DNA of 64,000 nucleotides from contig MU058059.1 of the NCBI GenBank assembly GCA_013265495.1, positions 2,705,502-2,769,501 on the forward strand, read 5' to 3'. The notes under the pieces were generated by a model, which was not told where the DNA came from, searched no databases, and saw only the letters and a list, made by a program, of their open reading frames with translations. A program made the position numbers and the translations under genes. Positions 24,720-39,456 of this stretch are shown in pieces; positions within the stretch are counted from its first letter, which is position 1; the number at the start of each line of letters is the position of its first letter. The stretch comes from Vicugna vicugna (taxonomy: Eukaryota).

Positions 24720-24920
24720 CATTTTTATCATGATAACAACTAGTGCTGGTGGAGTATCAGCTATGGACCATGCCAGGCCAAGCCCTCCCATGTATTCTCT
24801 CACTTAAAGCTCACCACACGCTCCACTCCAGACAGCAGGGAAGTGAGGCTTAGAGCAGAGCATCTCTCACCCATGTTCCAGAGCTCATGAGGGGTGCTGG
24901 ACTTGAACCCAGGACAGCTG
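24720..24920 (-). mobile_element. MIR SINE fragment
   Basis: gggaagtgaggcttagag...ggacttgaacccagg. Confidence 0.55.
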
Positions 24921-26749
24921 CACCTTCTGGGTACAAAGGAAATGGGACCTCCCCATGCCCTCGTCCTCTATCCTTTAACCATGAAGATGTGAAGAAGTAG
25001 AGAAGACCAGACAGTTGAAACGGGTCCTGTGCACATCAGATACCCAGAAGGCTTGACAGCTTTCTACAAGTTGGGATGAATGGCAGGTCACAATTTCCTA
25101 AAATATAAAGACTTGGTAGAGATGTTGAAAATGAAGTTTACTGACGGTTTGACCAAATGGTGTTGATATGAGAACTTGCATCTTGTAAATTGACCTTGCG
25201 TTATTCGCTCCGTGTGTTCAATTTTTACTTTATTTGAAAGCGCTGAGAATCAGACGTTAAGTGTAGGTTTGCTCCAGTTACCAGTGAAGTGGGTTCAGGA
25301 GAGTCAGGTGGACCTGTCCTTTGGTGCTGGCCACCAGCGGGATGCTGCTGTGCACGTAACACACTGTGATGCTGCACCAGCAAGGGCAGTAGGTGTGATC
25401 AAGGAAAGGAACAGTGGAGAAGAGACATTGAAATTATTTGTCGACGTTCGATGTGTTGAATAAGTGTATTTCAAAAGTCAGTCTTCCAATGATACACCTT
25501 TTAGAATCTAATTAAAATCCTCTAGGGTAAAGGCAGAGCTTAAAGTGATCGAGATTTTTTTAAAGTGTGTTGTGTTGTGTGGATGCACATGGGTGTGTTC
25601 TGTGACGTTGTGTGTTCAGAGTTGTCTTGTGGTGGTGAGCTGTGGGTATCCCACTGAGTATCGCAGGTATGTTTCTGGAAGTGCTACAGCTTCTTAAATA
25701 GTTTCTGCTTTCAGCACAGTAAGTGCTTTTAAAGTCTTTGGATAACAATAATTTAAATGGAAAAGCCAGCATAGTTTGTGTGCCTGTGACTTCACATGAG
25801 TAGGGAGAAAAGTGGGATGGGGAAGATCTCTGGAAAACACATGAGCATGTCTGCACAGCAGGATTTTGGTTTCTCAATATGTAGTATTTCACTTTGGCAT
25901 TCTGAATGGCTGGCAAGCACTATTTCTTGAGCTCTTTTTTCGGCCAAACTCCTATACCTGCTTTTCAGTTCATGACCCATAAATAATCCAAACAACAAGT
26001 CAGATCAATCTGACTGATCCAAAGAAAGATCTGGAATCTTTGGAAAGATAATATTTATATAGCATTCAGAGTTTTCTAAAAGTTCTTATTTAGAGAGCAA
26101 TGCAAAAAAAAAAAAAGCAGAAACATCTGCTGTCTCCTGGGCTGAACTTTTGTAATATTTTACAGCAGCTAATTTAACTTCCCTGCATAGTTTTAATGAA
26201 AGAAGTCATAGGATAGAAAGGTAGTGCTGAAATTTATATCTTCAGTGTCCTTGTAGATCTGATAAACTGCCGCGTTCCTCTAAGCTCCTGCAGAACACAA
26301 AGTGAGGAGGCCGATTGCAGAAAACTGAATTATACATAAAGTCATTAAGCCTCCACCTTCACTTCTGATTGAGGGATCGCTGCGGGAGTCAGTGAGAGCA
26401 GAGGCAAAATGAAAAAATAAATAGATGAAAGACCTGATCAGGTTATACATTTCGGTGGGAATGTAATTGCTTGTAAGTTCATTTGGAGTTCTTGGGTACG
26501 TGCAAAACTGCATGGAGCTGCTGAAAATCAGAAAGGGGACGTGCCACAGGGCACCCTGAATGTTCTGAATGTAGCCCTCAAACGTGATGGGCGCTGGGGG
26601 TTAGAAGTGGGCTCACCAGGAATGCTGGGGTCCGTGCGTCCTGAGTGGCCCCAAATGCTCCTACTACGGAAATGTTCAGTCTTCTTCTTGCCTGGTTTTC
26701 CACCCAGAAATGTATTTATTTTAATAACATGCCCTGTTTACTTCTGTTT

Positions 26750-27150
26750 TTAGTTTGAAGTATAGTCGATTTACAATGTTGTGTTAGTTTCAGGTGTACA
26801 GCAAAGTGATTCAATTATACATATATACATTCTTTTTCAGATTCTTTGCTGTTATAGGTTATTACAAGTTATTAAATATAGTTTCCTGTGCTGTACAGTA
26901 GGACCTTGTTGTTTATCTCTTTTATGTATACTAGTGTGTATCTGCTAATCCCAAACTCCTAATTTATCCCTCCCCCATTCCCCTTTGGTAGCCATAAGTT
27001 TGTTTTCTATGTCTATGAGTCTGTTTCTGTTTTGTAAATAAGTTCTTTTGTATCGTTATTTTTTTAGATTCCACATATAAGTGAGATCAAGTGATATTTG
27101 TCTTTCTCTCTCTGACTTACTTCACTTAGTGTGATAACCTCTAGGACCAT
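26750..27150 (-). mobile_element. 5'-truncated L1 3'-end fragment (~400 bp), antisense
   Basis: tttgaagtatagtcgatttacaatgttgtgttagtttcaggtgtacagcaaagtgattca...gattccacatataagtga...ctgacttacttcacttagt. Confidence 0.85.
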
Positions 27151-28166
27151 CTTCTTTTTCAAAGTGGTTTTGTAACTGCCTCCTTTGAAAATATGTCTAA
27201 TTAGACAAACTCTGTAGGAAGTTTACGAAATCCCCTTTTCCAGGCTCATATATCCTGGAGAATGTTCTCATCTGTCAGAGAGGATTGAAACGTGAGCATT
27301 TTGAAGGATGGTCATGCAATAATGACCCCTCCTGAGGTCACCGTTGACTGCTAAGAGTATGAAATGGAAACACTGGCATATGGTCAAGACCACAGCTTGG
27401 AGGCCCCACGGAGCTCACAGAGCTGGAGGAAGCAGGAAGACCCTCTTCTGACCCTTAACTAACTGCCAGGACTCGGCCGATTGCTGCTGGTTCTCCAGCA
27501 CCCCATACAGCTCTTAACTAACTCTGGCCGCCGGAGTTGCCCACAGCGTATCACTACCAAACGAGCCCTACCTGAGGAGTGGGTGAGCAGCCGCGGCCAG
27601 CCCGGGGACTGCATTTCCTTTCACTTGACGCTGTATCTTGCAGGCTGCGACAGTGAGGTGTGACTGCCTCTGTGAGTGGGTCCGTTTTAATCAACACATC
27701 CCAGGACTGTAGTATTGAGACAGAACGTCTCCCTGCATGCGTGAGCTATGGCTTGACTACGAAATTGGTGACAGTGACCCTCCCCCAAAATTAAGACGTT
27801 GAACGCTCACTATGGAAGAGGTGTTCCGAGAAGCAGAAATTGCCTGTGTGTATCCATCCGGTGCTGCGTGTCGCCTGCAGAGGAGAACGTGTCTGCCAGA
27901 GGCTCCTACACGTAGTGACTTATTTCCTGCAAACATTCCACCCTCCGCACTCCAGCCCCGCGTTCACCGGCCAGCCTCGGGGTGACAGCTCCGCTCTCCA
28001 GTTGGCGCCAGCGCACGTGGCACCACCAGCATCACAGACACTCGGAGAGACGACATCCCCATCTTAAGTGGGTGCACTAGCATTCTGGGTCACACATCAG
28101 ACTCACTGCGTTTAACATGTGTGCGTCCGTAACTGGAAATGACTCGCGTCTAAGTGTGCTGGGGCA

Positions 28167-28335
28167 TCAGCATGCCAGGGCTTCCGCCACAGAGCACCAC
28201 GGGCTGGGTGTCTTCAACAGCTGATCTTCCCGCAGCTCTGGAGGCTGGAAGTCCAAGGCCGAGGCGCCAGAAGGTCTGGTTTCCTGGGCTTCCCTGGGCT
28301 TCCAGGCAGCCGCCCTCCTGATGCCTCTAGGTGGT
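28167..28335 (-). mobile_element. MaLR (MLT1-type) LTR fragment
   Basis: caccacgggctgggtgtcttcaacag...cagctctggaggctggaagtccaagg is typical of reverse-oriented MLT1. Confidence 0.7.
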
Positions 28336-28349
28336 AACCTGAGCTCTCC

Positions 28350-28530
28350 AACTTGCTGGCTACAAGCCACACGTAGCCACTTAAATCTAGGTTAATTTCA
28401 GTTCAGTTCCATTCAGGATTCTCTCCCTCAGTTACCCCAGCCTCGTTGCAAGCGCTCACTGCCACAGTGGCTGGTGGCCGTCGAGGGGTCACAGGGACGT
28501 GGAACCTTCCGGCCACTGTAGAAGGGCCGG
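28350..28530 (-). mobile_element. MER3-like hAT MITE (degraded)
   Basis: agccacacgtagccacttaaat...cctcagttaccccagcc...gccacagtggctggtggcc. Confidence 0.6.
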
Positions 28531-29619
28531 GCTCGGTGGCTCTGATGGCCGTTAAGGTAGCTCCGTAACAAGCCTCTGACGGCCGCCTGCTTTGTGCCCA
28601 CGTCAAAGGTGAGGGCGCGGGCCCTGTCCTAGGGCGACCATAATCTCACCATGGTGATGAAAATAACGTAAAATGCTACATACCGCATCTGTAAAGGAAA
28701 CTGAAGTGGCACCTGCTAAGAGTTACAATAGGATTTTGGAGAGAACAAAAGATCATTGAAAACCAGAGAAGAAAATACATGGAAGAGGTAGGCTGGACCC
28801 AGGTCGTCAGAGATCAGCTTTTCAAGGCAAGCGAGGCCCCGGCCAGAGCTGCGTCCTGCCCCGCAGACCCGGAGCTAAGAAGGCAGAGACTGCCGTCGTC
28901 GCGCCCTCGCCCTGGACGTGTGTCAGCGTGGTTTTCCTTCTTACCTCTCAGCTTCCTTGTCCCTTTCTCGGCCTTTCCCGCTCTTTCCTTAGTACAGCCC
29001 GGGCTCAGGTGCCTCCTGGCAGGCCCACCAGTGTTTCCTTGCTTCTGCTGTCTTCCCCTGGAGCCATCTGTCCTGCTCTCTCCTCCTCAGCCTACAGTGG
29101 GATACATGTTGCGGGGAGCATCTGCGTGGCTCCCACATCAGCTGAGCGTGGCCCTCCTTGGAGGACAGAAAGCTGCACTGTCCAGCGCGGTGGCCACAGC
29201 CACTTGTGCTGTGGACACTTCCGTGCGGCTGGAGCCCCCCAGGGACTGAGCAGCAGGGATGGACCCATGCTGCATTTAGGGAGCTGGACTGAACCATGGG
29301 CTGACTGACAGTCAGCAGTTCCTTTTGCCCCAGCCCCATCAGCCACATCCTCCTCTCTCTAGAGAGGATGCAGAGAGTAACCCTGGGAAGTGGGGGCCAC
29401 CTCCCAGTTCATTGAGAAGCAGAGAGGACACTGGGAAGGAAGTTCACCTGAGATCGTCTAGAGAGCCTGTGTGGGGTCCACAGATGTGTTCTCCCAACTT
29501 AAGTGCTGGCACTAACGCTGCAGTCACTGATGCAGCGTTCATTACTGTTCAATTTAATGATTTCATTGTCAGACATGACAGATTTTTGCAGTGTTTTAAA
29601 TCAAATAAAAGTATTCTGG

Positions 29620-30385
29620 GGGGAACTTGAGGTTTGGCGATGAGTTTTTAGACATCACACCAAAACCTAGGAGAAAAAAATCAAGAAAATGGACTTCATC
29701 GAAATTTTAAACTTCTGCTCTATGGAAGACGATGTGAAGAGGAGGAAAAGACAAGCTCTAGACAGAGGAAAAATATTTGCAACCCACCTATCTGCCAAAG
29801 GACTTGTATCTGGAAAATATAAAGACTCTTCAAAACCCAACAGTAAAAAAGCAAACAATGCAATTAGAACATGGGTGAAGATGTGGAAGACACTTCACCA
29901 AAGAGGACTTACGGAGGGAAAGTGAACACATGGTAAGATCCCAGGATTAGCCGTTAGTAAAACTCAAATTAAGATCACGAAGAGGTATTAGGACATACAT
30001 TTTAGAACAGCTGAAGTGAAACATAGGGACAATACCAGATGCTGGTTAGAACACGGAGACGCTGGATTTCTCATAAATTGCCGGAGGATGTAAAATGATA
30101 CAGCCACGCCAGAAAATATCTTGGCAGTTTCTTAAAAAAATTAAGCATGCACTTACCATTCAGTCCAGCAGTCTCACTCCCGGGCATTTATTCCACAGAA
30201 ATGGAAACTTAAACTCTCCTTGTAAAGTGGCATCTTCATTGTTCCAACTTCTGTGTTCTGGCTTGGATACAACACTACTGTTCTGTGGTAACCCGCGGTA
30301 ACCCCTGGGGAAGCCGAGGCATGCACAGGCCCTCTCTGAACTATTTCTGCAGCTTCCCATGAACCTGTAATTATTTTTAAAAGTT
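29620..30385 (+). mobile_element. Old L1 fragment (ORF2 3' end and 3' UTR), sense to host
   Basis: ORF 29689..29925 (DFIEILNFCS...KRQALDRGKIFATHLSAKGLVS) and 30095.. (SWQFLKK) are decayed L1 ORF2 C-terminal sequence. Confidence 0.8.
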
Positions 30386-33300
30386 ACTTTTTGATATAAT
30401 TTAAAATTCACTTCCAAGTTATTGGTTACTAACCTAATTATTCCTCAGCTTATCGGTGAGAATAGTAGTAATAAGGCTGACTTTTATCAGTATGCTGGAA
30501 TCGCTTTCCATGAGCATAAGTTAAGGCTGTAACAAGAAAAGGAACTGTCTATAAAGAAGAGACATCTATGAAATGTTTCAGGTAAATAACATACGTATTA
30601 TTATAGATAATAATCGAAAGAAGACATTATTATTATGGATGCTAGTACCTATGAGACAGCATGGATAAAGCACCTGGAATAGTATTTAGAACTTAACAGA
30701 TACACTGCACTTATATTATTATTAATACTGTCTATTAATTAATATTATTTATTTATCATCCTTATTAATGCTACCAAATTGATAGCTTACTGTGATTTCA
30801 CTAAAAGAATTGTTATATAATCAAAACATTTTGAGCCAAAGTTTTTTCCTGACTACACTTCTTCTTGGCAAGAATTCACATCCCCTCTCAGAAATCTTTG
30901 CTGAAACAACAGTGTCTGACTGTGGTGTGAAAGTTCATTGTGTTCACGATGGAGATGGTAGCACAGGTCCTCCAAGGGCATTAGGTCTCTGCTGTTTGCA
31001 TTTCAAAATTGACCCTTGTGTTTACTTTAAACTCTCTTGCCTTCTCTAAAATGTTTCAAGGCAGTACTTGTAACAGCATGAAGAGCTCAGTTTTAGTTTA
31101 ATCCTAAACCTTGTAGTTCTAAATAAAAAAATTGAACCATGTGCCCCCAAGGTTTTAATCTAATATCAGGTTCCTTGAATTAGGGCCAACTCTTTGTTTT
31201 TTAAAGCATCAGCAGATTCTAAGTACACTTTTGGCTACTTCCTTTTAGCATCTGACTTTGATTCACTTAAACTAATTGTTATCCTTTGAGTAGACTGATT
31301 CTAAGAAACAACAACAACAGAAATTACTGTGGAACATTAGTGGAATTTTAAAAATTTTGAGTACAATGCCCTCCGTGTAAAAAACGTGCCTTTTCTGTAA
31401 TACTCTCTTAATAATCGTGATGATAATTTATTCAAAACTAAATAAAAGCGTATAATTTTTTAAAACCTTTTTAGAACCAAGCCTCAAAAATATTAATTTC
31501 ATACACACTTATAATAAATGTAGGAATCTTCTGGCTTATAATTTTATAATTGTCACTATTCGTTCACTGATGCTTAGAGAGCTCCTCCTACGTGCCAGGT
31601 GGATGCCGGGGGCTGAGGATGCGCAGAGGCTCAGCTCCGCCCTGCGGGGCTCCTGGTGGGGAAGGAGACTGGCCTCGCTTCTCGGGTCCCCTGTGCATTG
31701 CCGCCGAAGTGCCACGAGCTCGGTTCATTATACTGGTGACCTGGCAGTTGAATGGAGCTTTATGTGTACAAGCTCCTTACATGTCCTCTTCACTGACATT
31801 CATTGGTTTGACTACTGAAAGCAATTCTGTTAAGTAATTTAAATTATTATAGTATTCCTATTGGATAAATTTAAAAAATGAGTTCAGTAACTGGTCAGTG
31901 GCCACACGCTGAGGAGTCAGTTGGACCTGGGATTGAAACACCAGTCTCCTGGTCTTAAATCCCATGCTGTTTCCTCTTCTGCACCCAGCGTTGTGAGCGA
32001 GCATCGACAGCGAGTTCAGAGGTTCCCCCCAAGCATGAGATGCAAACAACAGGTGATGTACCGAGTGATTTTCAGGAGGTCCCCTCACGAGCAATAACCA
32101 GCGCTGATTTACAGGGTGAGAAAGTGACTGCCTGTCCAGTGGGTTCTTTCAGCGCTTTGGATTCATCAGTGAGCCTTGGTGTGGGGCTGGAGCGTCCTCC
32201 CTCGAGGAAGAGGCCTCGGGCGGAGAACGCGGCCACGCCGCACTGCCAGGCGGGGTCGGTACCGCTGCTGCGATTCCACTGCCTTTACTTTCGCTATCGT
32301 CGCTATCTGTGGTGTGTGTTTTGGTTTTCCACTTACAGAAATGATGTGAAATTTCATTTCCAGATAAATGCCTTTAAATAAACAGTAGTTAAATTTAAAC
32401 CTGTGAGTAAATTAGAGGGAAGAGGCAAGGAGACAAGGGACATGGTAAAGGTGACAGTGACTAAGACTCGGGGACAGCTCATGGGTCACTGCAGGCTGCT
32501 CCGTCACCCTCACTTGACTTCGGGAATCTTGTTTCGTCTTCCCCTTCACCTGCCTGCAACTTCCCAAACCAAAAGCATCGTAATAAGATGACAGCAGATT
32601 GTAGGGAGCCCATTCAGATGACTAAAGCATCCCACCCAAGGTCGATGGTAAAGGTGATCTCACCAAGAATGTGTGATCTGCTCTGAGAGAGGGGTTGGTT
32701 CTTTCAAGATTCCCTCCCTCTGGAGGTGTGATCAGCACGTAGAAACTTCCGCCAAGGTTCCTGCCCCACGACATTTGGCTGAAAATCCATCGCTGAAGGA
32801 GAGTAGCTATGACTCCAATTTCATAATGGGTTACAATTTTCAATAAAAGTGTTTGCTTTTAAGAAAAGCTGAACTTTCTCATGGAACACATTGAGATATA
32901 ATCATTCTTCACTAAACTTTTAGAAGAGGTTTTTCTAACCTTGATTTCCAAATTTTGAAAATGATTCTGCCTACTAATCTTTCATCATTCATCTCCATGT
33001 CTCGGGTACAGTAGGAAGAGCTTGGGAACTGTGCTGCTAGGTTTCGTAAATGAGTAGATGTCAAAGAGAGAGTCACAAACCTCTCATTAAAACTCCTTTT
33101 TCTGCTATACTTGTTCATTTTCAAGCCTGTCATGTCTGAAAAAGTATCCTTAGACTTTCAGTCACACTTGATGGAGCTCATGTGCTGTGATTCATGAGGT
33201 GAGAGCATTTTAAAGCTCACAGCTCTCCAAGAAATGCCATGGAAAAGATGTTTGTTTGTTAATGTAGCAGAAAGAATGAAACAGTAATCGCCCCACTTCT

Positions 33301-34474
33301 GCAGACTGTATAGAATCAGTGGTGGGAAAATAGAACCACTAGAAGAAAACAATGGGAAGGATTCTTGTCATTGACGTCGGAAGCTCTAGTGTTGGAACGG
33401 GAGCAATGATTGTTGTCACGGCTGGACCGCTTCATGTGCACACGTTGAGTCCCTGGGTTCCTATGTCCACCCTGTCATCAGTAGGGAGACCCGCTAGGTT
33501 TTGAAGGAGGCACGTGGCAGGTGCCTGTGTGCTTTTTTTAAGAGCTCACCATGGGAGAAGTGTATAAACCAGAAGGCGGGGGAGTGTGTGCACAGGCTCC
33601 CCGACCAATCAGTCTTCCAGGGCAGGTGCCGGGGTGGAGGAACTGACAGCTCTCAGGCTGTATTAACATCTCAGACCCTGACGGGGTCTGCATCTGAGGG
33701 GAAGTGAGACTCACTCTCGCTCTGAGATGTGGTGGCAACCTGGAGGAAGGGCTCAAGCCCAGAGTGATGTAGAGAGTCTGCCAAGCAATTCATCTGCCCT
33801 TAAAGTGGAGCAGTTCCCTTCTTGGTGCCACCCATGACAAGCCACTGACTGACACCACGATTCTGACACCCCATCCGATTACTGGAGCCTCCTCCAACAT
33901 GCAGGGAATATAGTGAGGACAGGCCAGGTCCGCGTTCCAGAATCTTTGCAAGATTGCTTATCTCATGATATCTGTCCACCGTGATCAGAGATAGGCAGTG
34001 CCCAAATCCAAAAACTGGCCAGATTTTACAGAATGAGTATAAACACTGCTGCAAGTCCCGGGCAGTGCAGCCCCTCCACTACGCCAGTCCTCATCGCTCA
34101 AGACCCTATCAAGGCCTTCTAGAAGAATGAGCCTGCAAATGCAGCCTTTTGCTCCCAAACTGAGGAATATCTTCCCCGTGATGGGCCCCCAGAAGCCACC
34201 TTCCAGGGCAAATGCCAGTGGACCAGAGACTCCCCAGAACTCCAAGCTGCCTCTGCATTGTCAGTGGGTGAGAACTTCGTTGCACGTGTGGGCCAGGGGC
34301 CCCAAGAAGGCAGCCCAGATGAGGCAGGGACCTTTGTCACTAAGCTCCCTTCCAGGGAGCAAAGGGGAGAGGCAGGATTGCCAGGAGAGGGTTGAGTGTC
34401 CCCAAACAGCTACTCTCTGCCTCTTAAAATAAACGCTTAACTGAAACTCACCCCATCTATCAAAATAACCCCCT

Positions 34475-35738
34475 ATTTATATGGATATTTTATTTATTTT
34501 TTAAATTGAGGTATAGTTGATGTACAATATAATGTAAGTTTCCAGTATACAACATAGTCACAAATTTTAAAGATTAAAATCCACTTACAGTTATTAGAAA
34601 ATATTGGCTATACTCCTTGTGCTGTAGAATAGATCCTTGGAGCTTATTTTATGTAATAGTTTGTACGCCTTAGTCCTTTACCTTCTCTTGCCCCTCCCCA
34701 CTTCCCTCCCCCCACCGGTAACCACTAGTTTGTTCTCTGCATCTGTGAATCCGCTTCTTTTTTGTTACATTCACTAATTGTATTTTTTAGAATCCACATA
34801 TAAGTGATATCATACAGTATTGTCTTTCTCTTACTGACTAACTTCACTTAGCATAATGCCCTCCAAGTCCATCCATGTTGCTGCAAATGGCAAAATTTCA
34901 TTCTTTTTATGGCTAAGTAGTATTCCATCGTATATACACACCACGTCTTCTCTATTAATTCATCTCTTGATGGACACTTAGGTTGCTTCCATGTCTTTGC
35001 AATTGTAAATAATGCTCTGTTAACACTGGGGTGTGTATACCTTTTCAAATCAGTGTTTTGGGGTTTTTTCAGATATATACCCAGGAGTGGAATTTGGGTG
35101 TCATATGGGTGTTCTATTTATTGTTTTTTGAGAAACCTCCATACTGTTCTCTGTAGTGGCTTCACCAGTTTACATTCCCACCAACAGTGTACGAGAGTCC
35201 CCTTTTCTCCACATCCTCACCAACATTTGTTATTTGTGATCTTTTCAATGATGACCATTCAGACAGGCGTGAGATAATACTGTGCTTTTATCTGCATTTC
35301 TCTGATGATTAACAATGTCGAGCATCTTTTCATGAGCCCGTTGGCCGTCTGTAGGTCTTCTTTGGAAAAATATCTATTCAGGTCTTCTGCCCATTTTTCA
35401 ATCAGGTTGTTTGGGTTTTGTTTTGGTTTGGTTTGGTTTTCAGTTGTATGAGCTGCTCATATATTTTGTTTATAAACCCTTTATCAGTCGTATCATTTAC
35501 AAATATTTTCTCCCATTCAGTAGGTTGTCTTTTCATTTTGTTGATGGTTTCCTTTGCTGTGCAAAAGCTTTTAGGTTTAGTTAGGTCCCATTTGTTTGTT
35601 TTTACTTTTATTTCCTTTGCTTTAGGAGACAGATCCAAAGAAATATTGCTATGATTTATGTCAAAGAACGTTCTGCCTATGTTTTCTTTTAGAAATTTTA
35701 TGGTTTCCAGTCTTCCGTTCAGGTCTTTAATTCATTTA
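34475..35738 (-). mobile_element. L1 fragment (~1.25 kb; ORF2 C-terminus and 3' UTR), antisense
   Basis: Minus-strand ORFs 35402..35638 (KWDLTKPKSFCTAKETINKMKRQPTEWEKIF) and 34848..35048 ([16 protein letters not shown]...YTMEYY) are L1 ORF2 motifs, broken by frameshifts and stops. Confidence 0.93.
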
Positions 35739-36279
35739 GACAAAATAGGCCCTTTTTAAAGCTGCCTTACTGTGCCTTAGTCTCTGTAATTCCATGGAAT
35801 GTTGGCCTCATCCGTGGAACATTCAGCAATAGCCCAGGCTCAGCGTTTACAGTTTTCACTGCTTTTTCCTGCGTTACTCACCTGAAGAGTATTTTTTTTT
35901 CTCTCTGGCCACCTGATCGGTGGTTTTCAGGCTTTTCCTGCTTCATTTCTCTTAATGGATGGGTCGCATCGTTAGCGGGCGCTTACCAGTGCAGTGATTC
36001 TGAAGGTGGAGATGGGGTTTTGAGACTGGGCAAATTTAGAGAAAAGCAGGTCGACTGAGAGCCCCTCCAGGGTGCGCCCTGCTTCAACCTCAGGGAGGTC
36101 ACTGTGCAGAGGGCCACAGTGCTGCGCGTCAGGCTTAGTCTGTCAGAAATGGAAACCAGAATTGCTTGGTGGCTCACAACCCACAGCCAGGGAGACCTCA
36201 GAAAGCTGTGTGCACGGTGTGGTGCCGTGAGCACCATGCGCGTGTTGTGGGCCAGCTCGTGGCCGAGAGCGAGGAGCAC

Positions 36280-36440
36280 GGGGCTCAGAGCCTGGCAGCC
36301 CCGGGGCCAGGCCCCAGCTCTTCTGCTTCCTGGCTGCGTGATCTCAGGCAGCACTTCATGCCTTTTGATCCTAAATTCCCCTGTCTGTGCAGCTGAAATA
36401 AAAAGACTTACCTGGTAGAGCTTCAAAGATCCCATAAGCA
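36280..36440 (+). mobile_element. MIR SINE fragment
   Basis: cccagctcttctgcttcctggctgcgtgatctcaggcagcactt...tgtctgtgcagctgaaataa. Confidence 0.55.
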
Positions 36441-38940
36441 TATATTATTCATATATGACATTGCTGTGAAAAGTCACTCATTCAGAGTAATATCTGAGAG
36501 AATGAAAAAACATTTTAAAGCTCAGTCAAATGTCAGGGGTACTGTTTCTGAGCGCTAAAACATCATATAATTTTTTTTAGGCTGCAAACCTCAATTCCAT
36601 TTTCAAAAGAGCAAGAGATGTCAGGTAAAGGAAGGCTGTGTGGAAACCGTTGCCAGACCGTCACCCACTGAATCCTGCAAAATAGAAAAATCCTGCAAAA
36701 TTTGGAACTGGATTAAGTTGCAGTAAACCATGGCCATTTGAAGTCCTGAGATTAATTAGCAGCTTCTTTAGAATTCCCAGAGCATTGACATTTAGATTTC
36801 AGTCTGTTTAGAAATAGTATTTCATGTGTCAAGACGGTTTACACCCAGTCCCCATGTCTCTTGCCCTTGAAGCATCACACGCTTTGGCTGTCTCTGTCCA
36901 GGATGTTGGTGATGGCAGTGACTGGTGGCCACTGTTGTCTCTGGCCCTGAGCTTCTGGGGCCACCTTCCCAGTGACCCTCCAGTCTGCAGCCTTTCAGGC
37001 AACCATAGGTGTCTTCACTTGCTTTGCTGCAACAGCAATAAATAGTCTATATGGCCCTAATAAAACGCAGCGCTTAGAAGAACCCAAAGAGGAGTACTGG
37101 CAGAAAACAAAGAAAGTTCAGAGGCTCCGCGTGCCCCCGTGGGTTTATCTTCCTTCTTTCAGAATGATGATTTTGGTCATTTTACGTGCACAGTTTTATT
37201 CATACGAGAAAGGGAGGGAAATTCCATCTCAGAAGCTTCCCAGAAAACTTGACCCTGCACCACCTGAGAACACCCTGTGCTTTATGTACAGTCCTGACCT
37301 GCACCCCGTCTTTCCTGGCAGCTTTTCAATTGAATAGGGCTTTTTTCCATCCTTTTTTAATATCTGGGAGCCATGGCATTTTTAACAGACTGCAGCATTT
37401 TGGAGTAACAGTCTCTTGAAGTGGGCAACAGAGATGTATAATTATGTCCCGTGGAAATGATGGTGGGGTGACAGGTGGGGTGGAGGCTCTTGAATCACAA
37501 ACACATATTTCCTACTCAGAGAAAAATGACTGTGTGTAGGATGTTCCATCTCTTGCTCTGTGCCAATGGAGAGCCGGGCGCCTCCAAGGGGAGGAGTCAT
37601 TGGTATTCACTGGAGCTCACCTGCTTTCATTTTTATTGTTTCAGAGACTTACTACTCTTCCAGAGTGGTTCCCCGGCTTGCTGCTTTTTCTCAGTATATA
37701 TGAGCTACGGTAGTCAGAGGAAACACTTTAATTACATTTTAAGTAGAGTCAAAGCCTAAGTGTATTTATGAAAATTCTAACAGACGGTGCAGTGAGACCA
37801 TTAACTTAAATCCCCAAAATACATAAAGTGTTTTCTTCATCATGAAAAGTCCATAGTTGGTGCATTAAATCGCATCTGCATTTTAAAAATCCACCCTGAA
37901 CACTAAATATCGCCTAAATGTGCATATCATATTTAAAATCCCTCCTAGGAAAAGAGTCCTGGGAGCGTGGGCCACCGCCGGCCTCCCAGGCTGGGCCTTC
38001 CTCGGCGGCCCCGGGATGAAGCTCTCAGCCGTCGCCTCTGCTCTCTCTCTTTAGGCCTCATTTTCAAAATCATGCCTGTGCTTTGGTTGAATCTGATTTT
38101 AACCATAACCTGCTGGTGAGTTTTGTCAAGCAAAAACTGACGAGATTAAGGAGTTGGAGGCTGTACTTAACATGAATTTTGAGGATTTGTCTCGGGCCTA
38201 GGAAGATGCAAGGAGCACCCCTCGCAGCAGAGTATCCCCCAGGTGGCCAGAAGCCACAGCCTCAGAAATCCTCCGATCCTCCCAGGAACCAGGCTCTTTC
38301 TTTCTTGGCCACTGCAGGATTCAAACCCAACTGGCTGTCCCTACAGTAAATGTGACCGAACAACCCTTCTCTAGAACCACGTTAATTATGTGCTGATTGC
38401 TCACTTCCCAGGAATACCAGTTCAGAATGGGATTCTTCTCAAAGCCTTCAGTGATTCGATTTTTATAGTTCTATTGGAACATGTATAACTTTTGACCTTC
38501 GTGAAGATAAAAAAGATAGCTAAAGAACCTTTTGTTCTTGCCCAGAGGAAAATGCACAGGAGAAAATCATCTAAAATGTGTGTTGATTGCCTTAATTTCT
38601 TAAAAGATATTTGAAAACCAAGAGGCGTGTGAAACAGGACATAGTAGAAAGATTGCAAAGCAGAAGTACTTAATTTTCCTTAAGCGCATTGCACTGGTGG
38701 GTTTATTAGTAACTATCTGTCCATCTGATGGTCTGCAAAAAAAGAAAAGTGGCAGATCATAGGGTGGTCAGAGAAGTTCTGGGGAGAACAAGGTGTGGAC
38801 AGGTGTCACCGCTGTCCTGGGGTCGCACATCTGTGCCAGGCCTCGCCGTGGACCAGACGGGAAGTGTATGTCCTACAGCACTGATGGCCTGAGTTTCTGC
38901 CCTGATTGCCATTCTTGCTTAGAATTCCCAAACCAGAAAG

Positions 38941-39456
38941 TGTCACTGAGTCCAGAGCTGTTTTACTCACCGCACAGCAGACCAGTAAATTAGGAGACGA
39001 GGTGTTGGGGCAAGGAAAAAATGACTTTATTCAGAAAGCCAGCAGGCCGAGAAGATGGCAGACTAATGCTCTGGAGAACCATCTTCCCCAAGTCAGACTT
39101 CAGGCTCCTTTTATACTAAAAGGAGGAGGGGGCGTTGATAGTTGCCAATTTCTTGGTGTCAGAATCCTCTGTTCTTGCAGCTATCCGTGTGGGTCAGGTC
39201 ATGATACTCCTGTAAACCTCCAACAGGACAAATGTTATTCTCTGTTCTGCAACTTTTTATCTCTGTATGAACGGCTGTGTTACACCCTTAAAGGTCAGAG
39301 CCTTGAAAATGGGCTCTCCTGTGTATCTCAGGCTCCAGGCAACATTCTTTTACAAAAGGTGCAGAACCAGCGTGACTAAGCACAGGAAACAGAGAAGGGG
39401 GTTAGAGCTAAAAGAACAGGTCCAATATGGAGTCAGGTTTGTTCTTCCCTATTCCA
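38941..39456 (-). mobile_element. Complete solo LTR (516 bp), ERV1-like, antisense to host
   Basis: TG...CA termini with a 4-bp TSD AAAG (38937-38940 and 39457-39460). Minus strand has TATAAAA (39109-39115) upstream of AATAAA (39026-39031). Confidence 0.85.

Noticed and set aside
38906..39379. 157-aa ORF as a retroviral or novel gene
   Set aside because: Lies almost wholly within the solo LTR on its antisense strand and has no gag/pol/env motifs.
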